From NCBI GenBank assembly GCA_051942205.1, contig JAVECO010000033.1:62001-126000 (forward strand): a DNA stretch of 64,000 nt. The letters run 5' to 3'. Positions 57,796 through 64,000 of this stretch are shown here, one piece after another. Position 1 is the first letter of the stretch; each line of letters opens with the position of its first letter. A program made the position numbers and the translations under genes. The DNA is from Coniocarpon cinnabarinum (Eukaryota). A model generated the notes under the pieces. The model ran no database searches. It was not told the DNA's origin and saw only the letters and a program-made list of their open reading frames with translations.

Positions 57796-59172
57796 TAAAG
57801 ATTATGTGGATTGATTGGTTGCGGGGTTGTCTTCAGTGCTGGATGGTCGATATCTCAGCGGTGGAGCGAAGTGTAATCGAGGACTGAGGGCAATTGCAGC
57901 GGAGAAGGAGAAAGGTAGGGTACTGAGGATGATTGAAGGCTGAAACTGGGAGCGGAACAGAAGAAGCGATGATTGAGACGAGTGAGCTTGTAGCAGGATG
58001 ATGCGCATTGCGGGACAAGATCTGGTGGCGCAGTGGCTGGTACGGTTGTGGCGGGGCGCGCTAGCGAGTCAGCTCACCTTCACCCCGGACCTCCTCGTGA
58101 CCAGTGTTTGTTCTCTCTATCAATGGGTCGAAAATTCTTACATCCACATGCCGAGACTGTATGGGTTGACCAGTTCCGAAGATCGCTCATGCTCTGAATG
58201 TACTAGCAGAACAAGTGTGTTGAACATGGAGCCGCGTCGTTCTGAAGCTTCTCCGGAAAACACGTCTGTGGGTATGTTCTTACTCGAAACTATGTCTGGT
58301 TGTTGGCATGTATGAGCGAGTGGAGCCCTGATTATCGGCGCAAAAACCTTTTCACGCAAAACCAAGCTCATCTGCTGGACTCAAAGCGCTATAGATTTCT
58401 CCGGTGTTCTTCCGGCATTGAGTCGAGGCAGTCGTCTTCCATCATTTGCCAGGTCTATTCGAGGAGACCGTAGTATGCTCTTTCGTTACGATCTTGGGTT
58501 AATACGCCTTCACGGACCCATGACAACTTGAGCAGATTTGTGTGCAGTTACTTTTTTGCAGACTTACTATTCCGCCTGCTAGAACTTGCCTCACAGCTTT
58601 GGAGGGGCACTCATTCCAGGCACGGGTCATGGTGAATAATGATTCCTTCCTCAAATGACACCTGCTTGCAAGATCATCTCTTCGTGGCATTGGCAAGCAA
58701 CGAAATTCTCTTTCTTTAACACTGAGACTGGGACAAGTCTTAGTTACGCTTGTCTCGCATTCGCTGCGCACACTGCCAGGCTATGCTCGAGCGTAGTTTC
58801 TTCAGGTGCGTTGTTCAGCGCTTGCGGTAGGCTTGAAAATCTTCGAGATACGCAGTGTTGCTTGGGCCGAGCTCTGCAGGGCTGCTGCTCGCTGACCTCA
58901 TGGTTGCAACCTCATCAAGCTGGCAAATTACTAGCATCAGCACTAGCATATGTGAAACATTTCGATTTTCCCGCATTCAGTGTAAGTCTAGGATGTCAAC
59001 AGTTTGCCAGCTGCATATGCTTTCGAGAATCTGACTTCAAGCACTCGAAATGCAATACTACGGCTCGAAGAGTTGCTGAGGTACTTCATTTCGCGTGCTT
59101 CACCAATTGTGTTCTGCATCCTGCTCAAAGCGGGTCAAGAAACCTCAATGGCTTGAGTAAACGAAAGGGTGA

Positions 59173-60330
59173 TTAGTGCTCGAGCTCCTGCATTATTGCT
59201 CGTACTTGACCCCCTTTTAAATTTGAATAAACCTTACTCGTTTGCTGTACGAACTGTCTGTACCTTTCCTGCAGCTCACTTCTATTGATCAAAGGCTGCG
59301 GCGACCACGAGCAGAGGTCTGAAAGGCTCGAGTAATATTGGCCGACACTGTACTTGTTTAAATATCTGGACGAGTGAGCGGATTGGACTTTGCGATTTGG
59401 GGCCACGTAGATTGAGTGGTAACCGTAGGCGCTGTAAAGATACATATCTGATATCTTGTTGGACACGTAAGCCTGCTCAAAGTGCTCCGCTTTCCAATTT
59501 TTCGCGCCCTGGGTTTGACCGTCATTGTGGAAAGCTTCGCTTATATCATGTGGCATTTGTTGCTCCTTGAATGATTTACGTATTGACTTGTGTTCTTGGT
59601 GAATACCATCCCAAATGCAATAAAATCCATCAATATCGCATGGGCCGGGCTGTACTCTACTGTTCCCAGCTACCACGTTTGGGTTTACTTTGAGTCCCAA
59701 ATCTCCCCATCTTAACACTTGCTCGACCGGGCTCAGATAGGTGCCGTCATTTTGGATCAGCACAATGATGTTGTCAAAGGCCCACTCTTGGGAGTGTCTT
59801 CGCTGACCAATCTTAGCTCGTTTAAGCGCAGCGAACATTGCCAAGGCATCCTTTGTGAGTGGAAGTGTGCCGTCAGGCGATTTTGTCGCGTGCTCGTCCC
59901 GCATGATGTACTCAGTCTGTTTCCACAATAACTCGTCTCCGAATTCGAAGTCCCTTCCAAGCCAACTCCGTCGGCTCGCAACTTTCAACGCCCGTCGCCA
60001 TTTCTCAAGCAGTATATGCAATGTGGTTACTCCATCAGGGTTCAGGTTTATTTCTTTTTGCTTCTGTCGCAAGTCTGGATCGTATCTAAAAGGCTTTGTG
60101 GCATAGGTGGCTGCACTATATAGACCACCTTTGACCCTTCTCAAATCCCATCGTTTTCTCGTATCCATGGTGCACGTATTCAACATATGCTCCGCAACTC
60201 GATGTACGATATCGTAGGATTCGCGGAGCATTTGTGCATCTAGCCTCAAGCAGAGACCTGGCTTCCTGCTCAAAGGGGACATCTCAATGCTTCCAAACCC
60301 AGTGTCTGAGCACTGGCAGCCACATTCCAA
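59173..60330 (-). CDS. hypothetical protein (probably with additional upstream exon(s); ends uncertain)
   Basis: 385 open codons of globular composition; begins just after a CAG acceptor preceded by a GTGAGC donor near 60391; possible terminal intron from GTAAGG near 59237. Confidence 0.55.
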   Translation of the reverse strand: MECGCQCSDTGFGSIEMSPLSRKPGLCLRLDAQMLRESYDIVHRVAEHMLNTCTMDTRKRWDLRRVKGGLYSAATYATKPFRYDPDLRQKQKEINLNPDGVTTLHILLEKWRRALKVASRRSWLGRDFEFGDELLWKQTEYIMRDEHATKSPDGTLPLTKDALAMFAALKRAKIGQRRHSQEWAFDNIIVLIQNDGTYLSPVEQVLRWGDLGLKVNPNVVAGNSRVQPGPCDIDGFYCIWDGIHQEHKSIRKSFKEQQMPHDISEAFHNDGQTQGAKNWKAEHFEQAYVSNKISDMYLYSAYGYHSIYVAPNRKVQSAHSSRYLNKYSVGQYYSSLSDLCSWSPQPLINRSELQERYRQFVQQTSKVYSNLKGGQVRAIMQELEH

Positions 60331-61007
60331 TATCTGGGGGCTGATGACAGCCGAAAGACATACGAACGACAGAAATCTTCTTGACGCTCACATGAGACCC
60401 ATCAAGCAAGTGGATGATGGAGCTTGCTCTGCCACCCCTTCGTGACACAGACAGCGTGACCCAAGGACTGCTTTTCAAATGTGGAGAGAATGCGGCGCTT
60501 TCTCGAAGTTTTTGCAACTTTCCTGGCGACAGTGTTCGTGCGACATGGCTGCCTACATATAGGTTCACAGCAAAAATGTAAGGCAGGCATACCCCGCGCC
60601 TCATACGTACTTGCGTTGTGTCACCCGAACATGACTCGCGTTTGTTTTTGGAAAACCAATGGAATGTCTGTGGCACGTACGGAAATAGCGAATGCTCATC
60701 AAATTTTTCGATCTAGAATCTTCGCGTCAAACGCATGCGCTGATGAGTACCAGATCTACATTGCAGCAGGCGTCCACTTCAAAGCGCTCTTCACCCGTTT
60801 GGTTGCGCAATGTGAGGAACTTTTTCACAGTTGGGTTAGCTTGAAAGTAAGAGATGCAGAGGAGCACCACACTCAGAGGTTGAGACACTGTTCATAATAC
60901 GTCACGCTATAGTACATTACCAATCATTTACTGGTCAGATCGCCTCGACACTTTTTGTTTTAGTGCAACAATCCAGTCCTTTTTTACAGGTCAATGGGAG
61001 TATCCGC

Positions 61008-62204
<1,197 letters not shown>

Positions 62205-62685
62205 CTAGGCTTTGGGGAAAGTTCTAGACGTCTGTCAGCAGATACAGATATCGCGTATACTTTCCCGCCGCCGGATTGGGGTGAAAGCGCATGTATAGAC
62301 GAGCAAGAAGGTCAAACAATGCATTCGAGGCCATCCATTACAATGACGTCGCCGGCAGCCTCGCAGCGATTGACCAATCACAGAGCAAAGATTATCAATC
62401 TACCCAACTGCTTTGCGGCAGGGTGCTTACACAATCGTGGGCATCCATGCAAGCAAGACGTCTCTGGGTGCTTGTCGTGAGGGCAAGGTCACTTGCACCT
62501 CACGAAGCACTAGATAGCGTCGCGGCAAGCACCCTCTTTTCGGAGGACTGCCGAAGGATGTGACCGTCAGATCAGTCGTAACCTTGGGGCATTGAATGGA
62601 GTACTAGGTGGATTATCATAGGTATATCGCGTTCATGCAGTCGTCTCCACGACACCTCATACCAGCTCTGACCATGCTTGAATAG

Positions 62686-63999
62686 TCATCGATGACCGAA
62701 GAGGTCTAAGACATCCTCTTCCCCTTCCCCCCCTTCTCTATCGCTAGACCATGATATCGCTCCCTCTTCTTCTTCGTCATCTTCGTCCCCTTCCTCCTCG
62801 TCTTCATCAGCTTCAGAGTCTTCAAGACTACCATCCTCCTCCTCATCGTGGCCGTTTTCTTTCTCAGCAGCATCAGACCCCTCGGCAGTGTCGGAACTTG
62901 CATGAATACTAAAGCTGCCAAACCTCCGCGCCAGATAGTTGCGTGGGTGCAAGTTCCAAATACTTGCTGAACTCGCGCCTAGCTGATCTTCAGGGACTGA
63001 AGCAGAATGTAATACTGCCGTGTCAACGCTCCTCGACCTATTGAAAATATTTGAATTGGCAAAGCGCCACTGTCGAGGGTCAATGGCCCAGCCAGAGCCT
63101 GCATCGGGGGAGACCATCTGCTCAACAGGATCCGCATTTTCGGACTCCCCTTGACGGTCTTGAAAGAAACGTGGACCCCACGCACGGGGATCCCAAGAAA
63201 TGCGTCGAGCAAAGGAAGCATCGAGGTTGTCGTCAGCAGCATCTTCAAGGACTAGTTCGTCGTCTGACAATGCCGTATCACCGGGAGAAGGATCACCTCC
63301 AAACAGCCCAACTGGGCTACCTAATCGCCATTGCCGAGGATCAAGTCCCCAACCACGGCCCTCATGATCTCCTTCAACTCTCTGACTACTCTCTTCGCCT
63401 GCAGGAGTCATGAGAGGACTTCTCCATCCACTAGGCATTCTTGGCATCGAGACAGACGGCATCCGTGGCAGACTAGGCATTGCAGGCATGGGCGGCAGGT
63501 TTGGCATTTGAGGCATCTGCGGCATTGATGGTAAGTGTGGCATGCTGGGCATGTACTCACTTGCGTTGATGCCAGCGCCCCAGAAGCCCATCTCATCTTC
63601 AGTCTCAGAATAGATGCTGGCAGGTAGTGAAACCGAAGAATCGGAATATCGTCTGGCCATGTTCACTACTGGACGTTGATCCGGACTCAGCGGGGAGGGC
63701 GGGGACGGGAGAGTCGCAGTGCTTTGCAGGTAACGCACAGGCGCCTCTTGCACACGCTCAGGGGTTACACGTCTCCCGAACTCGTCATCAGCAGACGGCG
63801 CGAGGTCGCTGGGCGAATCTTGTAAGTCAATGAGTCCATGCTCTCCCGTTGTCTGACCATGGCCATGGGACGCGGTACCCGTCAACGCGTCACCTGCTGG
63901 GTGTGGAAGACCAGCTGCTTGGGCAAGCTCGTGTTGTTCTGCCTCGATTGAAGAATCGTCCGTGTGGCCATGCCTGGGCTCATTGATCAAATCGATTTG
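62686..63999 (-). CDS. hypothetical protein, C-terminal part (5'-truncated), with MPx repeats, W-x-x-DPR-x-W repeats and acidic tail
   Basis: Frame is open from the window end to the stop at 62686; low-complexity sequence with internal peptide repeats; ends ...EEDVLDLFGHR. Confidence 0.7.
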   Translation of the reverse strand, partial: QIDLINEPRHGHTDDSSIEAEQHELAQAAGLPHPAGDALTGTASHGHGQTTGEHGLIDLQDSPSDLAPSADDEFGRRVTPERVQEAPVRYLQSTATLPSPPSPLSPDQRPVVNMARRYSDSSVSLPASIYSETEDEMGFWGAGINASEYMPSMPHLPSMPQMPQMPNLPPMPAMPSLPRMPSVSMPRMPSGWRSPLMTPAGEESSQRVEGDHEGRGWGLDPRQWRLGSPVGLFGGDPSPGDTALSDDELVLEDAADDNLDASFARRISWDPRAWGPRFFQDRQGESENADPVEQMVSPDAGSGWAIDPRQWRFANSNIFNRSRSVDTAVLHSASVPEDQLGASSASIWNLHPRNYLARRFGSFSIHASSDTAEGSDAAEKENGHDEEEDGSLEDSEADEDEEEGDEDDEEEEGAISWSSDREGGEGEEDVLDLFGHR

Positions 64000-64000
64000 A

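Noticed and set aside
63692..63709. G-quadruplex-like run on the plus strand
   Set aside because: Explained by Pro codons (LPSPPSPL) of the minus-strand CDS

Overview
Gene-dense eukaryotic DNA from a filamentous ascomycete (Pezizomycotina-type genes, short GT-AG introns with CTRAC/CTAAT branch points). I can support about 30 protein-coding genes, many reconstructed by hand across introns. The left end (0-12 kb) looks accessory: an MFS transporter fragment, an aldo-keto reductase, a YCII protein, an alpha/beta hydrolase, a PTH11-like receptor and a SAM methyltransferase. The rest is mostly housekeeping: SWIM-RING, SUR7/PalI, PI-PLC-like, R3H/SUZ, NAD-dependent reductase, DUF1857, SKG6-like, NAT2/FAM210-like, MPP10, zinc knuckle, mitoribosomal bL17m, Mic12, MetR/Cys-3 bZIP, TRAPPC2L, AFG1, a mitochondrial carrier, a GPI cell-wall protein and HEM2. 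The most notable observations are: (i) a head-to-head D-2-hydroxyacid dehydrogenase / peroxisomal (PTS1) FMN 2-hydroxyacid oxidase pair sharing a promoter with twin TCACGTGCC boxes; (ii) an NB-ARC-TPR NLR with no effector domain, sitting among housekeeping genes; (iii) a 414-nt in-frame, stop-free intron-like segment in the SUR7 gene; (iv) a DUF1857 gene with three unusually long introns; and (v) several orphan genes and short phased repeats. I recognised no tRNA, rRNA, CRISPR array or intact transposon. All family calls come from motif recognition by eye, not database searches.
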